A stretch of DNA of 64,000 nucleotides. Source: Dudresnaya verticillata. Lineage: Eukaryota. Both the position numbers and the translations under genes were made by a program. The DNA is taken from contig OZ374566.1 of NCBI GenBank assembly GCA_977862235.1, positions 806,001 to 870,000 of the forward strand, given 5' to 3'. Below are positions 50,183-62,841 of this stretch, piece after piece. The notes beneath the pieces are model-generated. The model was given only the letters and a program-made list of their open reading frames with translations, was not told the DNA's origin and did no database searches. The first letter of the stretch is position 1. The number at the start of each line of letters is the position of its first letter.

Positions 50183-51211
50183 ATGACTTCCAAACCTCTG
50201 CTAACCTTGCAGTGCAGTGCGTTAACGGCCCTGGCTGATGCCGCTGGTCTTCTCCTGCATCCACTCCTCACGCTTGCTTCGGACCCGCCAACATCACCGC
50301 ACGGGGTGCAAATTCCTCCGACTAGGCGGCTGCAGCTCGACCTGCTGCGTATCATGCAGGACGCCGTCGCAATGCTGTGCCCGCTCTGCTCATCAGTGTC
50401 TGAACAAGCCTTGGAAGCACGACGCACTTTAACCACGCCTGCAGAGGCTTCTGCCCAACGTTCGGAACTAGCTTCTTTCGCAGCGCATGTCTTGACTGCA
50501 CTCCAAGATTCATCGGGCTTGTTCAGCTCACTAGCGACCGGCGCTGCTGAACGGGCCCAAGAAACCGGCAAGGTGGAGCGCTTTCTATCAAAGCTACGAA
50601 TAGATTACGCTAGGCAAGTTTTGGACAATGAACAGAAAACGTTGGTCAAGCGACGGGCTGTGAAAGCGTCGGAAGAACGCGTAGCGGAATTGGACGGGCT
50701 TGTTGCAGATGCGCGACACGACGAACGCCGCGAGAAACGACAGCTTCTCCTTACGCGCTGCGTATCAGTACTTGGCCTACGCTGGGGGGAAAATGATGTG
50801 TGTGAGGCGGAGAAGGCTACGCGAAGGGCGACAGGGATTGTTGACGCAGCGATTCAGGACCGTTTGCGAGCACTGAAGCAGCGTGCTACCTACGTTGGGG
50901 AGTATCTCAAGGTTGCAACTGTCACCAGACAGATGCAGGTGGAGTTGTTGCGGGTCGACAGCTGTGGGGCTCACACTGTAGAGCGGTACGGCGCCTTGAG
51001 GTGCTTAGAGGCACGCTTGCGAGAAATTGTTTCGATTTGGGAGTGTATGATGAGTTCTTGCAGTCTGCTTGTGAATCAGGCAGATGACTCAGATGTTGAC
51101 GAGGGGAGCAGTCATGCTGAACAGTGGCATACCCTGAGTGTCGCCTTGCGTCTGTTGCACGTGTCCATGTCGGAGACGGCACGAGAAATGCGGAGTTGCT
51201 TGGCGCAATAG
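50183..51211 (+). CDS. Hypothetical coiled-coil protein (weak resemblance to augmin subunit HAUS3)
   Basis: 342-aa ORF with helical/heptad composition. E2F-like sites lie upstream (50053-50063, 50138-50145). Confidence 0.6.
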   Translation: MTSKPLLTLQCSALTALADAAGLLLHPLLTLASDPPTSPHGVQIPPTRRLQLDLLRIMQDAVAMLCPLCSSVSEQALEARRTLTTPAEASAQRSELASFAAHVLTALQDSSGLFSSLATGAAERAQETGKVERFLSKLRIDYARQVLDNEQKTLVKRRAVKASEERVAELDGLVADARHDERREKRQLLLTRCVSVLGLRWGENDVCEAEKATRRATGIVDAAIQDRLRALKQRATYVGEYLKVATVTRQMQVELLRVDSCGAHTVERYGALRCLEARLREIVSIWECMMSSCSLLVNQADDSDVDEGSSHAEQWHTLSVALRLLHVSMSETAREMRSCLAQ

Positions 51212-51916
51212 AACAGGCTACGAGCGGCCATTCCCATTTCAAGGAGTCAACAGCAGTGTGTGGTACGTTGCTTCAAGTTTCAAGGAGTTGTGCCCACCAG
51301 CGATGAACTATCCACCCAATAGTGCCAGCACTGCTTCCAGTCGGCTTCTCCAAATCCTAAAATCATTCCTTGCAGGGCTCTCACAACATGATGGGTTGCC
51401 AACAGAGTGCATGTATGGTTGTCAAGGTTCGTCCTCACTCATTGCAATGAGACAATTATTGCTCCTTCGCGATGCCGGATACTCTTGAACTCTGACTCCC
51501 TTTGCTGGATGGTGTTCTTTGCGTCGACTACGAGTGACAGGTTCTTGCACTTGAAACAAGCTTAGGTTTGCTTTTTCTCGGCTGCGGTTGTTTGTTTTTT
51601 TGCTCCTTTTTTGGAGGCAAGAAGTGAGTAACCATTCGGGGTCACAATCCAAAGCTTGATGGAATTCCTGTGAGGAGGTAAAGCATGGTCCTCGGTGGGT
51701 ATTGCATATCGAGCGCAGTCTATGCCATCGAAGTGTGACACGACAAATGGTGCAAATTGCATACTCTTGAGTGACGGGCCAGACCCTACGTGGTGCGCCA
51801 TGCAGCAGGGAAAGACAGACTTGCTCAGCTACAGAACTTTATGTCACTCGCCCTGATGGTTTGTGCTGAGACCGATTGCCTAAACCGTACTTTTCTTTGA
51901 AGTACCAGCTAGAAAA

Positions 51917-54900
51917 TCAAGGTCTTCGCATATACTTCTCACGAAGCTTCCACATTCTAACCGCACCAGGACCAGATCTCTTTTCTAGTCTGGCAACTTT
52001 GTCCAGAATTTTCCTGAAGACTTCAGTGTCATCAACACGGGGTTTGAAGTATCCTACGACATCACTGGAGCTGGATTGCCCCCCCTTTTCTCTTAGGAAG
52101 TCTACAAGATCGTTAGTAAGCTTGCCTTCTTTGGAGAGCTCCCCATCACCTGATGTATCCTTCATCATAGCGGTACCTTCGCGTTGCCTAATCCGGCTGA
52201 GGACAGATGCGGCCTTTGAGCCCCCACTTCCTGTGCCTTTAGCACTTACATACCCTGCGAGACCTGATCTACCCGTCCAAGTCGGGACACCAATGTTTTC
52301 CTGCCGGCGACGTCGCGCGGATCGATTGACCTCTTCTATTGCATTCGATGCCACCTTGTCTGCCTGGTACTCCAGTAGCCCAATGTCTGTGCCGTCCGTG
52401 CCGGCCCCCAACACCGCATCATGATTTATCATGCTATGTAGTCCGCCATCATCATCGCCATCAAATAAAGAATTCAGCAGATTGGCGTCACCCGACTCGA
52501 CATCCTCTGCATTTGCGGTTTCCGTTGGTTTGGACTGCTCGTCAACCAGCTCAGGTTCCTTCTTCCATTTCTTCACAGTAGTCTCCTTCACAGCAGTTCC
52601 GGCAAAAATATCACCTGTTTCCGTACCTTCTTCACCGTCTTCACCAAGTGTGAACAGATCCTTGATGTGCTTCGGTTTAAAGAATCGTCGCTGCCGCGGG
52701 TCATTCAAGACCTTGTTCGTTAGGAACTGTTTGTATATCTGACGGTGATAAATCTTTTCCTCGATGGTGCCAGACGTGACGAGGCGATAAACTGTGACAG
52801 GGCGCTTCTGGCCAACTCGCCATGCCCTTTCCCTCGCTTGTAAATCCGTGCTCGGATTCCAGTCTGGGTCGAATAGAACCACGCGATCGGCTCCAGTAAG
52901 ATTGACACCGAGACCTCCGACGCGAGTAGTGAGTAGAAAAATAAACACCGTTTCGTCTGTGTTGAAGCGATCAATAAGACGCATTCGGGACCCAACTGGG
53001 GTTTCTCCATCCATTCGTTGGTACGTATAACCCTGGTCTTTCATAAACTTCTCCAGAAGGTCGAGCATGGTCCGGGTTTGGCTAAAAAGAAGGACTCTGC
53101 TCCCTGCCTTACGCCAAGCAGTAAGAATACGCTCTAAGACTATCATTTTTCCGGAACGTCTCCAATTGCCATAATCTTCAATGTCCTCAGGTTTGTCATC
53201 AAAGCCAGCAGCAGCTCCTGTTCTCATGAGCTTTCCCAGAGCACCGCCGTTGGGTACTTGCGTGGCATCATTATCGCTATTGTGTATTGGAATGTCACTG
53301 TGGTTACAAATTTTGCGTAGAGCTGTGATTGCATAAAGTAGATTCAACTTCCCGTTTAGAACTTGACGCACGAAGCGTGACTTAAGGAAAGCCTTATACT
53401 TCTCACGCTGTTCTTCAGATAGCTTGACAAATAAAATTTGCTCTGTCTTCTCCGGAAGCTGTGTCGCAACATCCTTCTTCATTCTTCGCAATAAATATGG
53501 AGAGACCAGATCACGCAGAACGAGAGAGCACTTGAATGCTGTATGAACTTGGCCTTTGGTAGCTGTTGAATACCCGCCCATCATGATTGGAACAACGAAC
53601 TCGGTTTGAAACACGGGCAGCGTGCCAAGTTTCCCTGGATATACAAAATCGAACAGACTCCATAGCTCTTTCAGGTGGTTCTGGAGCGGGGACCCGCTGA
53701 CAATAATGCGGTGTGCGGTGTCAAACCTCTTGCAAACAAGAGTGATTTCTGCATCCGGAGACTTGAGCTTATGCCCTTCGTCAGTGATCACATATTCAAA
53801 CTTGTCCAACAGCATCTCATGGTTCTTTCGGACTTGCTCATAGCTTGTGATGAGCACCCCATGCTTTTGACCAGTAACCTCCTTCACCACGGCCTTGGGG
53901 TTGAATTTCGTTCCTCTGGACCTACCCCGTGCTTTTGACTGCACGAATGAACTATGGAGGATTCTCACGCGAAAACGCGGCCACCAGGTCCGGAATTCTC
54001 TATACCATTGCCGCAAAACGGTCGCAGGTGCCAAGATAATAACAGAACCGTGCAACTTTCCACTGTTGTTCAGAGCAGCGAGGAAAGCGATAATCTGAAT
54101 CGTCTTGCCAAGACCCATTTCATCACCAAGAATAGCACCTGTTCCCAGCATGTGAATTTCCCACAACCATTGTACCTAGAAAAGACAGAGACAGTGGTGT
54201 TAGCAAAGCGAATCGTATATATCGAAGACAGACACGGCATCGACAGAAGTCCGAAACACAAAGAAAAGAAGCGCTTACCCCAGTCTTCTGATAGTCAAAC
54301 AAACGGCCATAAATACTTCCCGGAATCCGTAGCCCGCCTTCTAACTCTACTTCTTCGTCGTTGTTCGGAATCCATTCATCACCTTCCCGCGTTTCGAGTT
54401 CTTCAACTCCAGAAGCGGCCTCACCAGGCTCTGGCAAGAGCTCCTCGTCGGCATCAGACACCAGAGCTTCAAAATCTGGCCGTGCCAGCCGCGAACCGCG
54501 CTTTCGCTTATTTGATGGTACAGCTTGCCAGTCCGACCCACTAGAACCCTCTTCACCTGAACTAGCGAGCTCTGGCCTATACTCCTCTTCATCTGTCTCC
54601 GCTTTGGATTTCCTCCCTTTGCTCGAACTGGCCCTCACGGTGCTACCTTTGTTTCTCTTCCTTCCCAGTGGCTCTTCTGATGTCCGTCTCCGCTTCCTTC
54701 CGGACTTCGCACGAACCTCATCCTCGCTGTCCTCCTGAAATAGCTCCTCTTCCCCGCTTCTAGTAACGCGATTTGGCTGTGAGTTATAGGTGCCTGCTGT
54801 GGTCTCATCGTCAGGAACAAAATTGCGTTCGGCTCTTACATTCACAGTTTGTCTTCGCACAGGCGCCGATTGCTTGCGCTCATAACCCTGGCGACCCTCG

Positions 54901-55313
54901 AAAGGGGTTAGCTTTCCCGTCCGAATGAGAAAGTCACGCTCGGACTCCCCTTGCTGAATGGTCGGCTCCTTGCCGCTAGCAGCAACATCGTCTTGACGAG
55001 GCACGGCCTTGCGAAGCGCTCGCCGCGTAGCATCAGCCTCTAGCAAGCGCTTTCTGCGATCCTTCGCAGTTTTGATACGCTTGCGCAGAGCCTGCAGCTT
55101 GCGATTCCCGGCAGTCGAGAAGCGCGCGGAAGCAAGTACACTCTCTTGCTTGGTCAGGGTCAGCAGCTGCACATCGACCTCGCGAAGCAACCGCTCCTGC
55201 TCGGCCGCTTCCTCCTTTGCTGCACGGACTTCCGCTGCTGCTACGACTGTTTCCTCAACAGCGGATACATCCTCCGCCTTAACGCCTAGTGACGCCAATT
55301 GGTCAGACGACAT
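51917..55313 (-). CDS. ERCC6: SNF2 ATPase ERCC6/CSB/RAD26; exons 55313-54279, 54175-51917
   Basis: ETERD-like ESERDFLIRTGKLTPF; LFDYQKTG|VQWLW; LGDEMGLGKT; DEGH; DPDWNPSTDLQARERAWR; CSB-specific GVPTWTGRSG; C-terminal winged-helix-like segment. Confidence 0.95.
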
Positions 55314-57974
55314 TGCTGAGACGGGAATTCAGCTCAGCCGGTGATTGCAGTCCCCGCGGGCCTTCTTGGTTAGGAATCTTTGGTGAAGAGTGGGAAGCCT
55401 GACCGGGAATATGCTGCGCACCAGCCTGACTTGACTTGAGCGGGAAGCCCTTGCTTTGGGCGGGGCCCGTTGGTCGTGGCCTGGCGGCCGACGACCTGCA
55501 TGGCGGGACGGTGATGCAAGCGTGGGCGTCCAAAAGAATCCATCTGAATGTAAAATTCCATAGTAAGCTGAAATTTGCTCAAACTGCTCTATGACATCAC
55601 CCAAGAGTTGGGTGACAACTGACCATGTCACTGGTGTCAGGGCAGCTGAGCAGACGCAACGAGTGATATGCGGTCAGGGCCGTGCAAGACCCTTTAAACG
55701 CAAAAAGTACGGTACAGTCCGTCGAATTCGGTGCCCATCACCAAGTGGAATTCTCAGGCTTTGTCCTTTAAGTCATGGACAAAGTGTCAAGAACGCAGAC
55801 TGTAGGCCATCCTTACGTACATAACGAGGACATTCAACCAAAGCCCTCACTAGTTGCCAGCTACAACTGCCCTCACTACGGGGTGCGGCATGCTACTCAT
55901 GCATTCTGAAGAGGGTTTAGAATTTTGGATGTACCAGAATGCTTTGCACATTTGCGCAAGGAGGCAGTCAAGAGCGCCAGTACCGTAGCTTTGCTCCGCT
56001 CCGATAATAAATTGGCGCAGTACTGTAGCAAGCAATCAGCACCCAGGCCTCTCTAGCGGAGACATTCGTAGGTTTGCCTTAGCATTCCGTACGAGCGGTA
56101 CGCGTGACCTTGGCCACGGAGAATAAGGCATCTGCTAACAAGCGGCTTCCTGTCGATGTCCATGTTCTAGTCGAAAAATAGATCGCATTAACCTCTTTTC
56201 GTGGTTGAGACCACAGCCAAGCTTCCTGGGTTCGAAAAAGCCCGAGCATTGATAAGAGGAATGCAGCGAAAATCACAATACTTCTCATCGCTGTTGAGGT
56301 TCATCCACGTGGCTCCCCCAACAAGGTGGAGAACAATTGCAGCGGAAAGCCTTCGGTGTCTTGCCGGTTGCCAGTAGCAATCGGATTCCTTGCCTAGGGA
56401 GGCATAGTAACACGCGAAAAGACGGCCGACAAAGCGCTAGTTTCTAGGGTACGCGAGGGGGATACTCCACTTCAAGTTCGTAAAAGGGGGATGGCTCGGG
56501 CATTAGCCTGGCCGATGATGGTATTGCCCTTGCCGGAAAGCTGGAGAAACGTACAATTGGGATTTAGTAGTCGGTGGGGCACATTGCGTCGGGAATTGTT
56601 TCAACACCATGCCAAGATGATCTACCAATCGATGGTTTTGTTCTTACCGGGCGCACAGACTGTTCACCTTAGCTCTCCTATGCATTATCTCAACCAGTCT
56701 GGAGGCCGGGCTGCGCAGATCTTCGATAGGTCTCAATGGTATCCCATCAGAGTCGCGGATACATATGTTGGCCGGAGCAAATACGTACAGTATAGACGAG
56801 CCGGTCTAAAGGACCAAGGCTCGAAGCCTACTTTCTCAAAGGTGGTGGTACCGGCACAGTTCAGGTCAAGCAGTGTATCAGAAGTTCTGATTCAGAATTT
56901 TTGTATACACTTCGCTGCGTATTTCTTTATAAACTACACACTCCGCCTACTGTATACTGTACAGTCGCGTCCCGGTACAGTACGCATGTATTGTTGATTT
57001 GGACCCATCTGTGTCGCAGAGTCGCACAGTAAGATATTTTTCAGTGCTCCCGCCGTCGACGACCACCGCGCCGTCCGAGCGCAACGCGTTCGCCAGACTG
57101 CAACTGACTGGGTGGGCTACTTAAGCCCCGCCGACCACTGCAGACCACTCCCCCCCTCTCGACACGGTCGAAGTAGCAGGGCATGCAGCGTTGACGAAAA
57201 AGTCCGTTGCGCCAGCCGCGGTGGTCTGCCGTAGCCCTCTTCCCTCGCTTACCAAGTTCTCGCTTACTGAACAGTAACATAAACCTCGCCCAGCTCTCAG
57301 ACCCGCGCGCCCCGCTCGTGCCCCGCCGCTTTGCCGCGCTCGCGTCCCTTCCTCCGCGTTCCGCGACCCTGCGCGCCGTGCCCACAGAGCGGCGATTGTG
57401 CACCACTCTCACGCCGCGCGCGCGGATTGCGCGCAATCCGCGCGTGTCGACCTGCTACGGACGACATTTATATACATATCTTATTCGGAACGTTGGATGA
57501 GATGGGCCCGTCGCGTATACCCCCGGTATTACCCGGTGCCTCTGCTATTTCCCGTATTGCTTATTCGGAAAAGACACTTGAATTAAGCGAGGCGAAGCTT
57601 TGAAGGGTAAAATAGGGCCGCCAATCACAGATCAATTGGCACAATTTTCAGGACGAGCATGGCATCTGCGTCCACCACATCCACACCACCACGCATGCTC
57701 ATAGGGGATCTGCCGGAGAGGATCGTCCTCGTAAGCTGTTTTCAGCGGTCCTTCGGGCTGTTTGGCGTGCGCATAATCGAATAAATTCCTTGTGTATCTT
57801 GACAAAGACTGCATAAAATGTTATATCTTATCGACGGCGATACGTAACGCTGCACAGCTAGTTGTGCGGTAATGTTCCTTTAAAGTCGATACCATCTTAT
57901 GTCTTGGTCTTTGGCATTACTCACTCCGTTGAGAAATTACCAACAGCTGGTGCAAGTTCGAGCGCACCTGCTAG

Positions 57975-59189
57975 ATGGTGACCGCATCCTTTCTTCCAAA
58001 TGGGGCACGGCTGCCAGCGGTCTTGATCGTTTTCTGTGCCGGCTCGCTGCTGTCGCTCCACTTTTCGTTTTCACTGCGACAGATCGGCGTTAAAATTGCA
58101 CAAGTGCTGCCTGCCAAGGTCAGCGGGACGCAGTCAATTGAGCCAGCCATTTCTGCCCCCAAATTTTCTCACGGAAATGGCACTCGAGGCAACCTCACTC
58201 TTGCAAAGGATTGGACTTCGTTGAAAGCTGCACAGGTTGGCAAACGAGCACCTGAATCTGAAGGACGCAATACCACCGCTGCGCCGCCGTCACTGTTTGG
58301 GAATAGACATGCTGCTGGAGAGCCACAAAAACCAATACTTCAGCTTGGGCACCGGGCTGTGAATGGTACAGACTGGAAATACTGCACAAGTCATGAAGAG
58401 TGCTTGCAACTTCAAGAGAGGTTAAAACGAACTCATATCTTCGCAGTTGATCGACCCGATGTGCGATATTTGCTATGTGCCATTCCCAAGAACGGCTGCA
58501 CATATCACATGGGCCTGGTACACCGAATATATGGAGAGAGTTCGTACGAAACTAAAGAAGTTGTTCACAACAAGACCCTGAAACAAGTTTTCAAGTTATC
58601 TAACAAAAGCCCGCAGACCATTGCAAGCATGATAACGGATGAAACCTTACCGAAGTACGCGGTTGTACGGAACCCCCTCATGCGTACCCTCTCAGCTTAC
58701 CTCAACAAGGTAGAGACGCGGCTGCCGATTGCCCTGCGGACCATCGAGCACTTTCACAGGTGGACTTACGAGAACTTTCCTCTTGACTTGCCAAAGAATT
58801 TCAAATGGAGAACCGTAAATCCGCATTGGAAACTGCAAGTAGAAGTTTGTGGATTTTCATGGCTGGACACTCGTGCAAACTTCTCAGTCTTTCGAGTAGA
58901 GGAACCGGCGGGCTATGCTGAGTTTTTGTACAAGACGGTTCCACATAAATATTTAAGAGACGGTTGGGGTCGTTTAGATAACCGTAGCGATAGCTTCCGT
59001 GACTATGTAACCAGTCCCAGAACCAGGACCGTCCAAACACACATCAAGTTTGACTCGTATTTCAGCACGCTTGGGTTGTTTGATCATCTGGCCAAAGCGC
59101 TGGAGCGCGACATCAAGGCGTTTGGTTACGAGCAAGAGATTAAGTTGATGAGGGAGAAGCTCATAGCCCGTGTGAAAGGCAGGCCCTAA
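57975..59189 (+). CDS. Golgi-type carbohydrate sulfotransferase (Sulfotransfer_2 / CHST-HNK1 family)
   Basis: Type II TM anchor and stem; 5'-PSB CAIPKNGCT; 3'-PB VVRNPLMRTLSAY; PHWKLQ..C; C-terminal ERDIKAFGY. Confidence 0.9.
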   Translation: MVTASFLPNGARLPAVLIVFCAGSLLSLHFSFSLRQIGVKIAQVLPAKVSGTQSIEPAISAPKFSHGNGTRGNLTLAKDWTSLKAAQVGKRAPESEGRNTTAAPPSLFGNRHAAGEPQKPILQLGHRAVNGTDWKYCTSHEECLQLQERLKRTHIFAVDRPDVRYLLCAIPKNGCTYHMGLVHRIYGESSYETKEVVHNKTLKQVFKLSNKSPQTIASMITDETLPKYAVVRNPLMRTLSAYLNKVETRLPIALRTIEHFHRWTYENFPLDLPKNFKWRTVNPHWKLQVEVCGFSWLDTRANFSVFRVEEPAGYAEFLYKTVPHKYLRDGWGRLDNRSDSFRDYVTSPRTRTVQTHIKFDSYFSTLGLFDHLAKALERDIKAFGYEQEIKLMREKLIARVKGRP

Positions 59190-59800
59190 CCTTTGGTGGA
59201 GATGTCTTCACTCATATTTGTTGATTTCATGTATCGGAATGCGCCTGAGAAGTTCGGTCTGTGTATTGAACGTGTTGAGAGGGACATGGCGAAGATCGGT
59301 GTAGCGAGAAACGAGTCATCACTTGCTGAAGTCGACACTGGTTCACACAGTTATGTCACGCTGCCGGGTATGGGCCGGACTTATTCCGAGCAAGGCATTA
59401 CTCCTGCATGCCCGGCCGGGCTTTGTTCCGGAACATGGGTGCACTCCATATACCTTCTTGAACAGGCATGAGGACAACGGAACTCTGAGTTCCCCTTGCA
59501 TAGCGTAGAAAGGGAAACAATTCTGTTCCGCGCACGTTTCTTCACAAGTCACGACAAGCTCCATGTCAAGTTCTTCAACAAAATCCATTCGAAAGGCAAT
59601 GCATGCGAATGTGTGCATCGTCTCATCTGCCAGCCGTCTTGTACTCTACGAAAATTACATGCGAACGGTACAACCTACAAACACAGCCTGTACAGCACAG
59701 ATCCATTTTAAAACACAGAGAGCTCAACCAAAAAAGAGTAGGCAAGGTCAACGGGTCTGGAAGAATACACCCGGTGAACAGCGAATGCTTCCATCCTCGC

Positions 59801-60664
59801 TTACGGCCTCCACTCTGGCAGAAGCCTGGTCTTGCAGCTCTCTTTCGTTCCGTTGAACAAACTCTCTATACACTTCTCCTTTTCGTCTCGGTTTGCGAAC
59901 CCCGCACAGTGGCAGAAGTTCTGCTCTGGATTGCTGTAGCATGCAATCCAACCAGGCACCCCACATATGAAATGCTCTTGAATACTAATAGCCGCCTGGT
60001 CCCAGTATGTGTCCGAGTAATAAGACTTCTCCCACCGCTGCATAGCTTGAAATCCACGTAACCCTGGGGTCACAACAAAAGCATTCGTCTGTATTTGGCT
60101 GCCGGCAACCCTGAATCGATTATCTGGATAGTTGGCTTTATCCCTATAAAGACTGTTCATAACGATTGGCGCGTGCTCATGGTCCGGGAGGTCACACCAC
60201 TCCCGCGGTCGGATCAAAGTGTCGAGGTCGGCATAGATTACTCTTGTTGCCGGGTTGAACCGGATCTCATCACGCACAGCGGGCACATCGCACCACATAT
60301 CGTTCGCTTTCTTCCCCTTGTATCTGACTTCAGATGCCGTGTGAACTGAGACAGAGTACCCAGACTTTGCATAGAATTTGCGGAATTGTTCGACACCGCG
60401 ACCAGTTGGGGTGGCACATCCCACGATTGTACACTTTTTTTCTTGGCCTATGGTCCTCAGGACCTTCGCGTCTGCAAGAACAAGATCATCAAGGCCTGTA
60501 TCACGCGTTTCAATATTCATGACAGTCGTTTGCTCCGGCAGGGGAATGAATGACCTCCGACTAAAGCTAATTCCATACTCAGATGTAGCGAAAAGCACGG
60601 CACACACAAAGATTGTGAAGATGACTACGGAAATCCACCGGGGAGAAGAATTGAGATCCCACAT
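59801..60664 (-). CDS. Type II membrane protein with DxD motif, putative GT-A glycosyltransferase (copy 1)
   Basis: N-terminal TM; VIYADLDT; IQTNAFVV and WDQAAI resemble the GT34/GT77-like NxGxF and xDQxA motifs. An in-frame stop lies just upstream of ATG 60664. Confidence 0.75.
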   Translation of the reverse strand: MWDLNSSPRWISVVIFTIFVCAVLFATSEYGISFSRRSFIPLPEQTTVMNIETRDTGLDDLVLADAKVLRTIGQEKKCTIVGCATPTGRGVEQFRKFYAKSGYSVSVHTASEVRYKGKKANDMWCDVPAVRDEIRFNPATRVIYADLDTLIRPREWCDLPDHEHAPIVMNSLYRDKANYPDNRFRVAGSQIQTNAFVVTPGLRGFQAMQRWEKSYYSDTYWDQAAISIQEHFICGVPGWIACYSNPEQNFCHCAGFANRDEKEKCIESLFNGTKESCKTRLLPEWRP

Positions 60665-61204
60665 CACCACTACAGATCAACTGCACGCTGTACGCTTCCC
60701 GGTGATATGCTTCACAAGCTGTTGATATCCGGAGGCGGAGATTAATCGCCGCGATGAGCCCAAGTTGAGTGCAATGGAAGTGTCCTTCTCACCAGGTTGA
60801 AACGGAAATAACGTGAGGAGATAAGTAGATCGCGACAATGAACCGTTGAGTTGCTGCGGAAAGCCTGGCAAGAAAGCGCGGGGAGGTACATGTAGGTTGC
60901 GTGGTTCTTGTCTGAACTGCGAATTGGGCCGTGGAAAACGTAGTTTGAGACCTGTAAAGAGAAGGAGCTTAGGTACTGTACACAAAAGTACTGTGTTGTC
61001 TTCTGTCACACACTGTCTTCCAGTGAAGATGTTCAATTTTGCGGGATAGGACTCTATTCTTTAAGGGCATACTGTGGAACGAGATGGGCTTGGCAGAATA
61101 ATTCTGCACTCTCTGATCTGTGCAACAATACTGCACAGCAGAGATGTACCGCTCCCTCTCAGGAGGGGCTGAACGGATCCGGATCCACAGCGCCAACAAG
61201 GCAT

Positions 61205-61410
61205 CGCGGTTGTACGGAACCCCCTCATGTGTACCCTCTCAGCTTACCTCAACAAGGTAGAGACGCAGCTGCCGACGGCCCTGGGAACCATCGAGCACTT
61301 TCACAGGTGGACTTACGAGACCTTTCCCCTTGACTTGCTTAAGCATTTCAAATGGAAAACCGTAAATCCACATCGACAGCTGCAAGTAGAAGTCTGTACA
61401 TTCTCATGTA
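61205..61410 (+). pseudogene. Truncated duplicate of the sulfotransferase (copy of ~58658-58861)
   Basis: AVVRNPLMCTLSAYLNKVETQLP...NPHRQLQVEVC, near-identical to the intact gene at DNA level; both ends are missing. Confidence 0.9.
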
Positions 61411-61977
61411 TCGGAAAGCACATAACAACTTCGATCTGCGCATTGAATGCTTTGAGAGGGACATGGCGAAGATCGGTGTAGCGAGAAACGAGTCATCACT
61501 TGCTGAAGTCGACACTGGTTCACACAGTTATGTCACGCTGCCGGGTATGGGCCGGACTTATTCCGAGCAAGGCATCACTCCTGCATGCCCGGCCGGGCTT
61601 TGTTCCGGAACATGGGTGCACTCCATATACCTTCTTGAACAGGCATGAGGACAACGGAACTCTGAGTTCCCCTTGCATAGCGTAGAAAGGGAAACAATTC
61701 TGTTCCGCGCACGTTTCTTCACAAGTCACGACAAGCTCCATGTCAAGTTCTTCAACAAAATCCATTCGAAAGGCAGTGCATGCGAATGTGTGCATCGTCT
61801 CATCTGCCAGCCGTCTTGTACTCTACGAAAATAACATCCGAACGGTACAACCTACAAACACAGCCTGTAAAGCACAGATCCATTTTAAAACACAGAGAGC
61901 TCAACCAAAAAAGAGTAGGCAAGGTCAAAGGGTCTGGAAGAATACACCCGGTGAACAGCGAATGCTTCCATCCTCGC

Positions 61978-62841
61978 TTACGGCCTCCACTCTGGCAGAA
62001 GCCTGGTCTTGCAGCTCTCTTTCGTTCCGTTGAACAAACTCTCTATACACTTCTCCTTTTCGTCTCGGTTTGCGAACCCCGCACAGTGGCAGAAGTTCTG
62101 CTCTGGATTGCTGTAGCATGCAATCCAACCAGGCACCCCACATATGAAATGCTCTTGAATACTAATAGCCGCCTGGTCCCAGTATGTGTCCGAGTAATAA
62201 GACTTCTCCCACCGCCGAATAGCTTGAAATCCACGTAACCCTGGGGTAACAACGAAAGCATTCGCCTGTATTTGGCTGCCGGCAACCCTGAATCGATTAT
62301 ATGGATAGTTGGCTTTATCCCTATAAAGACTGTTCATAACGATTGGCGCGTGCTCATGGTCCGGGAGGTCACACCACTCCCGCGGTCGGATCAAAGTGTC
62401 GAGGTCGGCATAGATTACTCTTGTTGCCGGGTTGAACCGGATCTCATCACGCACAGCGGGCACATCGCACCACATATCGTTCGCTTTCTTCCCCTTGTAT
62501 CTGACTTCAGATGCCGTGTGAACTGAGACAGAGTACCCAGACTTTGCATAGAATTTGCGGAATTGTTCGACACCGCGACCAGTTGGGGTGGCACATCCCA
62601 CGATTGTACACTTTTTTTCTTGGCCTATGGTCCTCAGGACCTTCGCGTCTGCAAGAACAAGATCATCAAGGCCTGTATCACGCATTTCAACATGCGTGAT
62701 AGTCTTCTGCTCTGGCGGGGGGATGAATGACCTCCGACTAAAGCTAATTCCATACTCGAATGTAGCCAAAAGAACGACACACGCAAAGATTGTGAAGATG
62801 ATTACGGAAATCCGCCGGGGAGAAGAATTGAGATCCCGCAT
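61978..62841 (-). CDS. Putative GT-A glycosyltransferase (copy 2)
   Basis: Near-identical to copy 1 with an intact ORF; offset 2177 nt. Confidence 0.75.
   Translation of the reverse strand: MRDLNSSPRRISVIIFTIFACVVLLATFEYGISFSRRSFIPPPEQKTITHVEMRDTGLDDLVLADAKVLRTIGQEKKCTIVGCATPTGRGVEQFRKFYAKSGYSVSVHTASEVRYKGKKANDMWCDVPAVRDEIRFNPATRVIYADLDTLIRPREWCDLPDHEHAPIVMNSLYRDKANYPYNRFRVAGSQIQANAFVVTPGLRGFQAIRRWEKSYYSDTYWDQAAISIQEHFICGVPGWIACYSNPEQNFCHCAGFANRDEKEKCIESLFNGTKESCKTRLLPEWRP

Noticed and set aside
56491..56997. 168-aa ORF
   Set aside because: No recognisable motif or coding-like bias.
57632..57814. 60-aa minus-strand ORF ending in a Cys cluster
   Set aside because: Too short, with no supporting splice or promoter signals; could be chance.
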